Of a stretch of 64,000 nucleotides of DNA, positions 19,607 through 30,601 are shown in pieces; position 1 is the first letter of the stretch; the number at the start of each line of letters is the position of its first letter. Under the pieces are notes generated by a model, which saw nothing but the letters and a program-made list of their open reading frames with translations, did no database searches and had not been told where the DNA came from. Origin of the DNA: an uncultured Gemmatimonadales bacterium (GTDB lineage Bacteria > Gemmatimonadota > Gemmatimonadetes > Gemmatimonadales > GWC2-71-9); NCBI GenBank assembly GCA_963842945.1, contig CAWJIM010000002.1:224001-288000 (forward strand), read 5' to 3'. The translations under genes and the position numbers were made by a program.

Positions 19607-21981
19607 ATGAGTTCGCAAGAAAGATTCAACGATCGATTCTTCCGATCCCGGATACGCAGCACGTGGGTTTGACGACCTACGACGCGAAGGATCCGGACAC
19701 GAAGTTCCCGCCGATCGAGACGCTGCGGCCGCCCAAGGGCGCGCCCAATGTGCTGGTCATTCTCATCGACGACGTGGGCTTCGGCGCCGCCAGCGCCTTC
19801 GGCGGGCCGTGCCATACGCCCAACTTCGAAAAGCTCGCGGCGGGCGGGTTGAAGTACACGCGCTTCCATACCACGGCGCTGTGCTCGCCCACGCGGCAGG
19901 CGCTGCTCACCGGCCGCAACCATCACTCGGTCGGCATGGGCGGCATCACCGAGATCGCGACCGCTGCTCCCGGCTACAACTCCGTGCTGCCGAACACCAA
20001 GGCGCCGCTGGCGCTGACGCTCAAGCTCAACGGCTATTCGACCGCGCAGTTCGGCAAATGCCACGAGGTGCCGGTCTGGCAGACGAGTCCGGCGGGGCCG
20101 TTCAATGCGTGGCCGACCGGCGGCGGCGGGTTCGAGTACTTCTACGGCTTCATCGGCGGCGAGAACAACCAGTGGGACCCGGCCCTGTATGAAGGCACGA
20201 CGCCGATCGAGCCGCCCAAGACGCCGGCGGAGGGCTATCACCTGACCGAGGATCTGACCGACAAGGCGATCAACTGGGCGCGCCAGCAGAAGGCGCTGAT
20301 GGGCGACAAGCCGTTCTTCATCTACTTCGCGCCGGGCGCCACGCATGCGCCGCATCACGTGCCAAAGGAGTGGATCGACAAGTACAAGGGCAAGTTCGCC
20401 CACGGCTGGGACAAGCAGCGCGAGATCACCTTCAAGCGGCAGAAGGAACTGGGCGTCATTGCGCGCCGATGCCGTGCTCACCCCGCGCCACAAGGAGATC
20501 CCGGCCTGGGATGAGATGGATCCCAAGCTCAAGCCCGTGCTGGAGCGCGAGATGGAGGTGTACGCCGCGTTCATGGAGCACACCGACCATCACGTCGGCC
20601 GGCTGATCGATGCGCTCGGACAGGGCGTGCTCGACGACACGCTCATCTACCTCATCATCGGCGACAACGGCGCGTCGGCCGAGGGCACGCTCCAGGGCGC
20701 CTTCAACGAGATGGCCAACTTCAACGGCATGGCCGCCATCGAGACGCCTGAATTCATGATGTCCAAGCTCGATGAGTTCGGCGGAGAGGGATCCTACGGC
20801 CACTTCGCGGTGGGCTGGGCCTGGGCGATGGACTACCCCCTACCAGTGGACCAAGCAGGTGGCCTCGCACTGGGGCGGCACGCGCAACGGCACCATCGTT
20901 CACTGGCCCAAGGGGATCAAGGAAAAGGGCGGCATGCGCAGCCAGTTCAGCCATGTCATCGACGTCGCGCCCGACGGTGCTGGAGGCGGCGGGCATTCCC
21001 GAGCCGACGATGGTCAACGGCGTGCTGCAGAGCCCGTACGAGGGCACGAGCATGCTGTACAGCTTCAACGACGCCAAGGCGCCCGAGCGGCACGAGACCC
21101 AGTACTTCGAGATGTTCTGCAACCGCGGCATCTACCACAAGGGCTGGAGCGCGGTGACCAAGCACCGCACGCCGTGGATGATGGGCGGAGAAAAAATGCC
21201 GGCCTTCGACGACGACGTCTGGGAGCTCTATGACGGCAGCAAGGACTGGACGCAGTCCAACGACCTGTCGAAGCAGATGCCGGAGAAGCTGCATGAACTG
21301 CAGCGCCTGTGGCTGATCGAAGCGGTCAAGTACAACGTGCTCCCGCTGGATGACCGGCAGATCGAGCGCTTCAACTCCGATCTGGCCGGCCGGCCCGTGC
21401 TGGTCAAGGGCAACTCGCAGACTGCTGTTTGCGGGAATGGGGCGACTTTCCGAGAACAGCGTGGTCAACATCAAGAACAAGTCGTTCGCCGTCACCGCCG
21501 ATCTGGAAGTGCCGGCCAAGGGCGCCGAGGGCGTGATCATCGCCCAGGGCGGCCGGTTCGGCGGCTGGAGCCTGTATGCCAAGGGCGGCAAGGCCAAGTT
21601 CTCTACAACGTGCTGGGCATCAAGTCGTTCGGCATCGAGGCCACCAAGCCCATTCCGGCCGGCAAGACCCAGGTGCGCATGGAGTTCGCCTATGACGGCG
21701 GCGGCATGGGCAAGGGCGGTACCGTCACGCTCTACTGTGACGGCAAGGAAGTCGGCAAGGGCCGGGTCGAGCAGACGCAGGGGTTCATCTTCTCGGCGGA
21801 CGAGACGACCGACATCGGCTACGAGTCCGGCACCACGGTCAGCCCCGACTACACCGCCCACACCAGCAAGTTCAACGGCAAGATCAACTGGGTGCAGATC
21901 GACCTGGGCAAGGACGCCGAGGACGCCGACCACTTCATCGACCACGAGGAACGCATCCGCGTGGCCATGGCGCGGCAGTAG
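19607..21981 (+). CDS. Cys-type arylsulfatase, no signal peptide (several frameshifts)
   Basis: [23 protein letters not shown] (CxPxR), FGKCH, GATHAPH, GDNG, C-terminal LamG-like region. Confidence 0.93.
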
Positions 21982-22015
21982 ATAGAATCGCGAGCGCTCA
22001 CATAAGAAGCCGGCA

Positions 22016-23212
22016 ATGCACAGCACAACCCTCGAGCCATTCGTACGATCATCGAGCATCCGGTCGATTTTGCCCTGGGACTGGGCGGGCCGCTGTATCA
22101 GCTCTTGCGGCGGACCCGCCTCCCCGCGACGCGCTGCAGCTGCTGCGCCGCCGAATCGTCGTGCTCACCCCCCTGGCCTGGGCCCCGCTCCTCGCGCTGT
22201 CCGCGTGGAGGGGCGTGCGTGGGTGGCGTCCCGCTGCCCTTCCTCAAGGACGTAGAGCTCCACGCCCGCCTCCTGGTCGCGTACCGCTGTTCCTCCTCGC
22301 CGAGCTGGTCGGTGCACCGACGCCTGGGCGGCCCGATCGCGGGCAGTTCCTCAACCGCGGCCTCATCCCCGAGTCGGCGCAGAGACATTCGACCGGCCGT
22401 CGCCTCGGCCGTGCGCCTCCGCAATTCGCTCTGGGCCGAGATGCTCGTCGCGCTCGTCTACGTCGTCGGTTTGGGCGTCACCTGGCGGATGTCAGAGATA
22501 GCTCACGACGTGCCCAGCTGGCGCGGCGCGGCCGTGGACGGGATCTGGCGGCCGACACTCGCCGGCTGGTGGCTGGGGCTGGTGAGCCTGCCGCTGTTTC
22601 AGTTCCCCTGCTGCGCTGGTACTTCCGGATCTTCATCTGGGCGCGGTTCCTCTGGCAGGTGTCGCGGATCCACCTGAAGTTCATGCCCACCCACCCGGAC
22701 CATGTGGGCGGCCTGAGTTTCTCGCGGGCGTCAGTCGCTCCGCACGGTCCTGCTGGCGCAGGGGGGGTGCTGGCCGGCTGATCGCCAACCACATCTTCTA
22801 CGCCGGCGCCAACTGCCTCACTTCAAGGTGGAGCTGATCGGTCTGGTGGCCCTGATGCTGTTCGCCGTGCTGGGGCCGCTGCTGGTGTTCAGGCGGCAGC
22901 TCGAAGCGGCTAAGCGGCGAGGCTGTGCGCGAGCACGGCGTGCTGGCGCAGCGCTACGTGCGGGAGTCTGAGCGCAAATGGGTGCGTGGCGGGGCGCCTC
23001 CCGACGAGCCGCTGCTCGGCAGTGCAGACATTCAGTCGCTGGCGGACCTGGGAACAGCTTCGCGTGGTGAAGGAGATGCGGTGGGCGCCTTTCGCGCTGA
23101 CTACCGTCCTCCAACTGGGCGTCACCACGCTGATGCCTGTGGTCCCGCTGATGTTGACCATGATCTCTCCCTGGAGGAGTTGCTCGACCGGCTGCTCAAG
23201 ATCGTGTTCTAG
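22016..23212 (+). CDS. Conserved hypothetical polytopic membrane protein (many frameshifts)
   Basis: Fragments GGPLYQLLRR, LAGWWLGLVSLPLFQF, LRWYFRIFIW, HPDHVGGL, LLGSADIQSLADLG. Confidence 0.65.
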
Positions 23213-23239
23213 CACCTTCTCTCCCTCACCGAATCCACC

Positions 23240-24393
23240 ATGTCGCCCACCTGGGTCGCCCGACTCGTAGCACTGGTGTGGATCCTCAGCGCGGCCGGGG
23301 AGGCTAGCGCGCAAGGCGTGGAAACTTCCGATATCCCTTCGATCGAGCCGGCACCCGGAACGGCCGAAAGCGCTCCCGAGGCAGGCTCCGGAGTCACCCC
23401 TCTGGTGGCCCCGCTGCCGTTTAAGAACTCGCAGATCGGTTGGGGTGTGGCCTTGATGCTGGGTCTGATTCACCGGCTCGACGCCGATACCACGGTCAAA
23501 CCTTCAACCGGGGCAATCGTGGGTCTTGCCAGTGAGAACGGCAGCTGGGGCGTCATGGGCATGGAGATGGCGCGCCTGGGCCGAGATACCTGGCGGGCCC
23601 GCGGCGTGGCCGGCTACATGGACCTGCAGTACGACTTCTATGGTATCGGCCTCGAGGCCGGAGAAGCCGGCCAATCGGTCCCGATCGATCAGACCTTCTT
23701 CATTGCCTCGGGTGCGCTCCTCCGGCACGTCGTGAGCGGCCTCTACCTCGGAGGCCAGATCGTATGGCTGACCACAACCGTGACACCCCAGGATGCGGCG
23801 GGACCGAACGATCCCGCTCTACCCGACCAGGCCCGCACGGATCTTCTGGCGGGAGGCCTTCAGGCGGAGTTCGATACCCGGGACGACGACTACTGGCCCC
23901 AGCGAGGGTCGTTGGCCCAGCTCAAGGGAAACTTCTTCACTACTACGACCGGAGCGTCGGGTTCCTTTCAGCGCTACCAGGCGGCCTGGTCCGTGGTACC
24001 ACGGTTTCCGGGGCCCGCGCCTGGTGCTCGCCACCAACCTCCTGGCCTGTGGAGCGCCGGGAGACGCCCCCTTCTACGGTCTTTGCTCCCTAGGGCTCCG
24101 GCCGATTCTCGGTCCGGGGGTACACCCAGGGGCGCTATCGGGACCACTACACCACTGCGGTGCAGGTGGAGCTACGCGGGCATACCTCGGGTCGTCTGGG
24201 CGCCGTGCTCTTTGGGGGCTTTGCCCAGGTGGCCCCGGAAATCTCGGAGATCCTCAACTCGGAGCTGCTTCCAGCCGGCGGCGCCGGTCTCCGCTTTCAA
24301 CTGACCCGGAAATATCCGATGCACCTTCGGCTGGATTACGCTTGGGGCCGCGACGGCGGACTGCTCTACTTCTCGGTGGGAGAGGCCATCTAG
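23240..24393 (+). CDS. Omp85/BamA-TamA family beta-barrel without obvious POTRA (frameshifted)
   Basis: FDTRDD..P.RG, RGY..GRY.D, GAGLRF, RLDYAWG, C-terminal SVGEAI. Confidence 0.85.
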
Positions 24394-24412
24394 CTCAAAA
24401 CGGGCCCTTACT

Positions 24413-24754
24413 TCATTCGCCGGCGTGCCGCTGCCGCAGCTCTGACATGTCACGATCGAGGAAGTAATTGAGGAACGTTCGAATCACTGCCACCGCACCG
24501 AGCCGGGCGACGGCCTCCCACTGATGAGTTATGGAGGTCTCGAGGATGTCGGCGCCGAGCTGGAAGGTGAGTGCCGCAACCAGCCACCGGGCATAGCCGA
24601 GCCACACGTCGCGGCGCTCCGGCCGAGGGCCTCCCGCCAGGAGCAGCCGGACCACGCCGACGATCGCCTCCACCGATCCCGCGAGGACCATCACCAGCGC
24701 GAGGCCGTTCAGGAAGGCGATGGAGATCTCGGTCACATGAATCAGCCAGCTCAT
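24413..24754 (-). CDS. DUF1622 family membrane protein
   Basis: L.FQLGADILET..LGAVAVIRTFLNYFL. Confidence 0.88.
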   Translation of the reverse strand: MSWLIHVTEISIAFLNGLALVMVLAGSVEAIVGVVRLLLAGGPRPERRDVWLGYARWLVAALTFQLGADILETSITHQWEAVARLGAVAVIRTFLNYFLDRDMSELRQRHAGE

Positions 24755-24790
24755 CAGCTTGACGATCCGGAATACCGGCGCAGACTGAAA

Positions 24791-24806
24791 CTGTCAGTTG
24801 TACCAG
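24791..24806 (+). promoter_or_regulatory. CTG-N10-CAG box 4
   Basis: GAAA-CTGTCAGTTGTACCAG-TTTCCG-N17-CATCCT, between divergent genes. Confidence 0.8.
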
Positions 24807-24885
24807 TTTCCGGGCCGCCACCATCTCGGCATCCTCTCCCCATGCGGTGGATCCGGCCCTGACCCTCTTGCGGCAAGGTGCTTCC

Positions 24886-25752
24886 ATGTGGCGCTTCCTC
24901 GTTTTCGTGGCCGGCCTCACACCACTGCTCGCCTCAGCCGCCTACGCCCAGGAGCTGGACTCCCGCTTGTACCCGAAATGGGAGCTCGACGCTTCGGCGA
25001 CGCTCCTGCTCCTGGACGAAAACATCAGGGTCGATCCCCTGAACCAGCCGGGCGAAGGCACTGAGTTCAATGCCGAAGATGCGCTCGGCGTCTCCGGCAC
25101 CAGCTTCCAGCCCCGCGCCGCGCTGCGCTGGCGGCCCGGGAAGCGGCATGAGCTGGAGCTGGGCTATCTCCGCGCTGTCCGTTCGGCCGAGAAGGTGCTG
25201 CGCGATACCCTCGTGGTTGGCGATACCACCTTCGACGCCGGTCTTAGGGTCAACTCCAACCTGAGAACCAGCCAGGCGTTTCTGACCTACCGCTTCAGCT
25301 TCCGGGCCCGGCCTGAGAGTCAGATCGGCGCCGCCGTAGGGCTGGGAGCCATCTTCCTGAAGAGCGAGCTCGACGCTACCGCCGCGGCTACCCAGGCCGG
25401 CGCTGATACGGCCATTGTCGAGCGATCGAAGAGCACCAGCTTTACCGCCCCCACCCTTTCACTCGGCCTGTATGGCCGGTGGAAACTGGGCGAGAAGTGG
25501 TACCTGGAAACAGATGCGCGAGGGGTCTACTTCAAGGTCGAGAACTTCAAGGCCGGAGTGGCGGAACTGGGACTGGCGGGACGCCGCTTCTTCAGCGAGA
25601 AGTTCGCCGCGGAGCTGGGGTATAACCTGGGCTTCTACACGGTCACCCTGGAGAAGGGCACCGACGACAGCTCCTTCCTCAACATCGATGTGGCGGGAAA
25701 GATCAAGTACACGGTGAACGGGTTCCGCGGGGGTATAGTCTGGATTTTCTAG
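24886..25752 (+). CDS. Outer-membrane beta-barrel protein
   Basis: Signal peptide AYA-Q, alternating strands, C-terminal WIF. Confidence 0.8.
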   Translation: MWRFLVFVAGLTPLLASAAYAQELDSRLYPKWELDASATLLLLDENIRVDPLNQPGEGTEFNAEDALGVSGTSFQPRAALRWRPGKRHELELGYLRAVRSAEKVLRDTLVVGDTTFDAGLRVNSNLRTSQAFLTYRFSFRARPESQIGAAVGLGAIFLKSELDATAAATQAGADTAIVERSKSTSFTAPTLSLGLYGRWKLGEKWYLETDARGVYFKVENFKAGVAELGLAGRRFFSEKFAAELGYNLGFYTVTLEKGTDDSSFLNIDVAGKIKYTVNGFRGGIVWIF

Positions 25753-25775
25753 GCCCGGCTCCAGCTCTTTGACTT

Positions 25776-26321
25776 CTATTTCACGGTGTACCCCTTCCCT
25801 TCCAGGCATGCGCTCATTCCCTTCTTGAACGCCTCGATCTTCCCCGCCGCTTCTCCCTGGGCGTTGGCCACGGACTGCTGCTCCGCCTGCTTGGTGGCCT
25901 GCTTCTTGGCCCGTCGGCCCTTGACGGCTCCCGCCGTCGCCCCGATCGCGGCACCTGTGCCGGCGTCGCCGGCAATTCCCCCGACGATGGCTCCGCCCGC
26001 AGCTCCGCCGGCCGCACCTTTGACTGCCGCCCCGTGCGTCGCGGTATCGGCGGCCGCCTTCCCCGCTGCTGCCGCGGAGTCGGTGTTAACAGTGACGGCA
26101 GCGGGATCGATGCCCGTTTGTTCTTTGGACGCAATCGTAGCAGGCCTTTTCGTCCGTGGCCTGCTGCTCCTTCGTCTGCTCCTTGGCCGGAAACACTACC
26201 AGGCCCAGCTTGCCCGGAGAGTGAAGCCGACGCCGGGTGCCGTTGTCTGGGCACCCGCGAGCGTGAGGTTTATTCCCAAGGCCCACACCAGGAGCGGTGT
26301 GGCATAGTAAACTTTTGTCAT
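25776..26321 (-). CDS. Glycine-zipper (YMGG-like) secreted protein (frameshifted)
   Basis: FPAKEQT.EQQ..DE.ACY, GAAGGAAGGAIVGGIAGDAGTGAAIGA, ACLEGKGYTVK. Confidence 0.8.
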
Positions 26322-26342
26322 GGTGCCTTCCTGAAAACGCCC

Positions 26343-27006
26343 TTAGAACGCGAACACCAGACCGCCGGTCCACTGGCCCTGGTTCACCCAGGCCGTGCCT
26401 TCACCCGCGACGCAGGCATAGAATCCGCACCAGACTCCGTAATCACCAGAGGGCACCGGCGTTACCCAGAGCTTGATGTCGCTCCGGATGCCGATCCGCT
26501 GGCTGGAGAACATGTACTTGGCCCCACCGCCGACGCTCCAGGAGAAGCGGGTACTGGAACCGACTCCTTCCGCCTTGGGATCGAGCACGTTGATGCCGAG
26601 CGAGCCGGTGATAAAGGGCCGCAGCTTCTCCGAGTGCCCGAACTCCTGCCGTCCCCCGATCTGGACGTAATTGAACGCGAAGCCGCCGGGCAGAGGTACG
26701 TTCGTTCCTCCGGCAGCCGGATCGAATTCGATGTCGCTGTCCTGCCGGGAGTAGAGCAGCTCGACCGCAGATCCCATATGGGCCAGGAAGCTGACCACCA
26801 GACCCCAGGAGAATGAGTCGGGAACCCGGAGTTCGCCCGGCTCCCAGCACACCCCCTGCGTCGGTCTGGAATGCGCCGCCAAATGACCAGGCCGCGAACG
26901 GCGTGAGCTCGAAGCGGTTGTAGTGCACCTCCTGCAATTGCGCTGCTGCCGGGGCCGCAGTGAGCCACAGCGCTGCAACGCCAATGACGAGGGGAAGATA
27001 CGGCAT
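26343..27006 (-). CDS. Small outer-membrane beta-barrel (OmpA/OmpW-like; frameshifted)
   Basis: Signal peptide, FELTPF, RPFITGSLG, FSWSVGGGAKY, C-terminal FAF. Confidence 0.82.
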
Positions 27007-27109
27007 CTCATGGTGTGCCTCACTGGGTTCGTAAATGGATGCTTGGCACAGCTCGGCTCAGCCGCCGGGTTGACGGTTACAGGGTACGATGTTCCTGATG
27101 CTCGGGTAA

Positions 27110-27125
27110 CTGTTAGTTCTTACAG
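27110..27125 (-). promoter_or_regulatory. CTG-N10-CAG box 5
   Basis: Minus strand CTGTAAGAACTAACAG-TTACCC-N17-TACCCT. Confidence 0.8.
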
Positions 27126-27137
27126 GAAGCTCGGGCC

Positions 27138-28260
27138 TTACCATCCCACGGTATACTGGGCGCCCAGCGTGTAGTCCACCTGATCGGCATGCAGCTCCCC
27201 GGCTGGATATCCGGCAGACCAGGTGCCCCGTCGGTTCACCATTCTAAGCCGCAGCGCCAGGTTGGACACTACTTCCCACGCCAGGGTCAACCGCTCGAGT
27301 TGTTCCCTGCCCCTCGGCGCCAGCGATTGATCGCCGAAGGCCACCATGCGGTCCAGGGTGACCGTGAGAGGGATCCGGACGTCGGTGAGCCCTCCATTGA
27401 AGGAAACGAAGTTGGTCAACTCCTGCATGACGCCTCTGCCGTTGCCATAAACCCCAATTTGCGTGCTGACGGTCAGGCCTTTGAGCATGATGGCAGGACC
27501 AATGCTCGCTCTATAGGCGGTCCCGCTGCTCAGGGCAGCGTTTCCCGGGGTGGGCTGCCAATCCGCGTGGATACTGCCGAGGTGCACCGCCAGTCCGTAC
27601 GCCACGCCCCCGGAGCTCCGCTGGATCTCTCGCGAGATGTCGAGCGAGGCCATTCGGGCCCCTGACCCGAACGTACCCTCCAGCCGAGCGCTCAAACCGG
27701 CCATGGCCACCTCAGCCTGCAAGTTGACCTCCGAAGCGCTCCGAGCGCCCCGTTGGGCCGGGCCTTGATTGGGGATCCGGATGGCTCGCTGGCTGAAGTT
27801 CGTGCTCCAGCCGCCGGTGAGAGCTACCGAGCGCCGGTTTCTTTCCGGCAGCACAATCGAGAGCTCGTGGTAGTAGGATTGGCAGGAGTGCTGGCGGCAG
27901 ACCTCAACCTTGACTGGCTTCTTCACCAGGTTGAGGAGCCGGCCCTCGTGCCGCGCGGCATAGCGCATCACCGGCAGGCTGTCACCGAAGTCCGGCTGCA
28001 GCGAGGCCTGGAGCATTGCGCCGGTGGCCGAGTACCGGTCCAGCCCGTTGACCGAGCTGACCACGATACTGTCGGCCGACGGACTGGTGACGCTCAGCTG
28101 GATCGGCCCATCCGCTCGGCTCACCGCAGGATTGAGGTGCAGCCGGACGGGGCGGGCCCATCCGCGAGATCGATGGTGGTTCCTGGCGGGGGGCTACAGG
28201 CCCGGAGTGCCAGTGAGCCCGACTGCAGCCCGAGCGACAGCAACGTCCACCGGAGACGTT
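27138..28260 (-). CDS. Hypothetical protein, probable C-terminal beta-barrel; start uncertain
   Basis: ORF 27138-28124 ends YTLGAQYTVGW; a lipobox-like segment lies upstream in another frame. Confidence 0.55.
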
Positions 28261-28269
28261 CTGCGGAGT

Positions 28270-28875
28270 GCTGCTGGCAAAGACCTTCTCTTTCTTCATC
28301 TGGCTGACGGTGGCGTCGACGATGTCATTGACCAGCTTCCGCACCGAATCCGGATTGTAGGTCTTGGTCCGGCTGGCCCAGACCAGCTTGTTCTGGGTCA
28401 GGGAATAGACGTTCGACTCCACGCTCACCACCTGGTCCGATTGGACGTAACCAGGAGAGTAGGCGTAGCCCCAACCCGTGCCCCAGTAGCCCCACATCGA
28501 CCCATACGCCGACGGTACTACGTAGGACGAACCGGGGACGTAGGTGGTCTCCTGGTCGACCGCCACCGGACGCATCACCACGGCACCGTCGAAGTTTTGG
28601 GCCACGACCATAGCCTTGGCCCTTTCCTGATCCCGCAGGGCCTCATCCGGAATAACGGTATAGGCCGCTACCCCATTCCCCAGCTTCTTGGCCAGCTCGT
28701 CCTCCGCCGCCCGGCGCGTGCCCACGTCCTTGCTGATGAAGACGGCAAGAACCTTCTTGAACTTCTGCGGCTGCATGGTGGGCTCTTTCCAGGAGTTCAC
28801 CACCTCGGTGTTCGGCGCGCAGGCACCGAGCAGGAGGCTGAACGCGAGAGCAGAGTGAGTTCGGGTGATTCGCAT
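28270..28875 (-). CDS. Lipoprotein, DUF4136-like; end approximate
   Basis: Lipobox LLGAC, RRAAED, Y/G/W-rich loop, VESNVY..KLVWA. Confidence 0.75.
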
Positions 28876-28955
28876 ACTCTCTCCTGGTGATTGAGATCGA
28901 GACGGTAAGGAGTAGTCCGGTACCTCACGCTAGAGTCCGGCGCCACCATAGGAAA

Positions 28956-28971
28956 CTGTTAGTTCTTACAG
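28956..28971 (-). promoter_or_regulatory. CTG-N10-CAG box 6
   Basis: Minus strand CTGTAAGAACTAACAG-TTTCCT-N17-TAGCGT; core identical to box 5. Confidence 0.82.
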
Positions 28972-28994
28972 GAGTCCTCTCCCACTTCCGGCCA

Positions 28995-29010
28995 CTGGTA
29001 GAACTGACAG
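28995..29010 (+). promoter_or_regulatory. CTG-N10-CAG box 7
   Basis: CTGGTAGAACTGACAG-TTTCGG-N18-CATAGT. Confidence 0.78.
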
Positions 29011-29070
29011 TTTCGGGCAGGCCCGGCGCCTCGGCATAGTGGTGCACGTCCGCCACCCCAAGGAGGCCGC

Positions 29071-29580
29071 ATGAGGATGGCCCACCCTACCTGGCTCGGT
29101 GCACTCGCCCTGAGCGGCCTGCTCACCGCACGGCCGGCCCAGGCCCAGGCCGACCAGCCCACCAACGGCCTGGACCAGATCGAGCTCACCCGGGCCAACA
29201 TCCAGGAGCGGCGACAGGAGATCGTCCAGCAGATCATGGAGCTGACGCCGGCCCAGAGCGACAAGTTCTGGCCGGTATACCGGGATTATCGCAACGAGAT
29301 CGCCCGGGTCAGCGACCAGCGGGTGGAGCTGATCGAGAAGTTTGCCAACCAGGCCGCAACTATGTCCGACGAGCAGTCGGAGAAGCTGCTCCATCAATGG
29401 TTCAGCCTGCGGGAGCAGCAGATCAACGTGCAGAAGAAGTACGCCGGGAAGTTCCGTAAGCTGCTGCCCGGTGCCAAGGTGGTCCGCTTCTACCAGACCG
29501 AGAACCTGCTGGACACGATTGTCGCTGCCGACGTCTAGGCTTCCATGCCGGTGGCGGGGGACAGTGCGACAACACCCTGA
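29071..29580 (+). CDS. Secreted helical protein, paralog of 14393-14900 (in-frame TAG at 29536-29538)
   Basis: High identity to the 14.4-kb copy; homology continues past the TAG to TGA 29580. Confidence 0.8.
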
Positions 29581-29590
29581 GGCGGAACGA

Positions 29591-30601
29591 TTGAACGACG
29601 GAACGGGGGAGGGAGTGGAAGGAGGATCTATCTCTGGGGCTTCGGTCGCGTCGCGCCATCCGGCAATGGTGTGGATTCCCGGGGGCACCTTTGCCATGGG
29701 CTCGGACGATCACTATCCCGAGGAGCGTCCGGTCCACCAGGTGTCGGTGGAAGGGTTCTGGATCGATCGATACCCCGTCACCAACGAGCGCTTCGGCCGC
29801 TTCGTGGCGGGGACGGGCCATGTGAAGTTGGCGGAAATGCCCGCCCGATCCGGAGGATTACCCCGGCGCCCTGCCGGAGATGCTGTACGCCGGGCTCGCT
29901 CGTGTTCGTCAAGCCACGGCCCGGTCGATCGGCGCGACCATCGGCAACTGGTGGTCGTTCATGCGCGGCGCCGACTGGCGGCATCCGCACGGGCCGGACA
30001 GCTCGATCGAGGGCACGGGCGCCACCCGGTGGTGCACGTCGCCTTCGGCGACGCGGAGGCTTACGCGCAGTGGGACGGCAAGGCGCTGCCGACCGAAGCC
30101 GAGTGGGAGTTCGCCGCGCGTGGCGGCCTGGACGGCGCGGCGTACGCCTGGGGCGAGAGTTCACGCCCGGCGGCCGCTACATGGCCAACACCTGGCAGGG
30201 TGAGTTCCCCTGGCAGAACCTGGAGGACGACGGCTACGAGCGCAAGTCGCCGGTCGGACGCGTTCCCGCCGAACGGCTACGGCCTGTACGACATGACCGG
30301 CAACGTCTGGGAGTGGACCACCGACTGGTACGTGCCGCGCACCCGGGCGAGCGGCCAAGGCGTGTTGCATGCCGAAAAATCCGCGGGGCGCGCACGAGAG
30401 AGAGAGCTACGACCGCGCCAGCCGGAGATCCGCATTCCCCGCAAGGTGATGAAGGGCGGCTCGCACCTATGCGCGCCGAACTACTGCCGCCGCTATCGGC
30501 CGGCTGCCCGGTTCCCGGAGCCGATCGACACCTCGACCTGCCACGTCGGTTTCCGCTGCATCGTCCGGGCGGGAACCGGTCTCATGCCCGTTCCAGGCTG
30601 A
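29591..30601 (+). CDS. Formylglycine-generating enzyme (SUMF1/FGE-sulfatase family; frameshifted)
   Basis: F.MGSD.HYPEE.P, HPVVHV, LPTEAEWEFAARGG, NGYGLYDM.GNVWEW, KGGSHLCAPNYCRRYRPAAR, GFRC. Confidence 0.92.
   Translation: MNDGTGEGVEGGSISGASVASRHPAMVWIPGGTFAMGSDDHYPEERPVHQVSVEGFWIDRYPVTNERFGRFVAGTGHVKLAEMPARSGGLPRRPAGDAVRRARSCSSSHGPVDRRDHRQLVVVHARRRLAASARAGQLDRGHGRHPVVHVAFGDAEAYAQWDGKALPTEAEWEFAARGGLDGAAYAWGESSRPAAATWPTPGRVSSPGRTWRTTATSASRRSDAFPPNGYGLYDMTGNVWEWTTDWYVPRTRASGQGVLHAEKSAGRARERELRPRQPEIRIPRKVMKGGSHLCAPNYCRRYRPAARFPEPIDTSTCHVGFRCIVRAGTGLMPVPG

Noticed and set aside
29536..29538. Programmed amber read-through or pyrrolysine codon
   Set aside because: Single instance at a Gln position, no pyl genes in the window, and TAG is used as a normal stop elsewhere.
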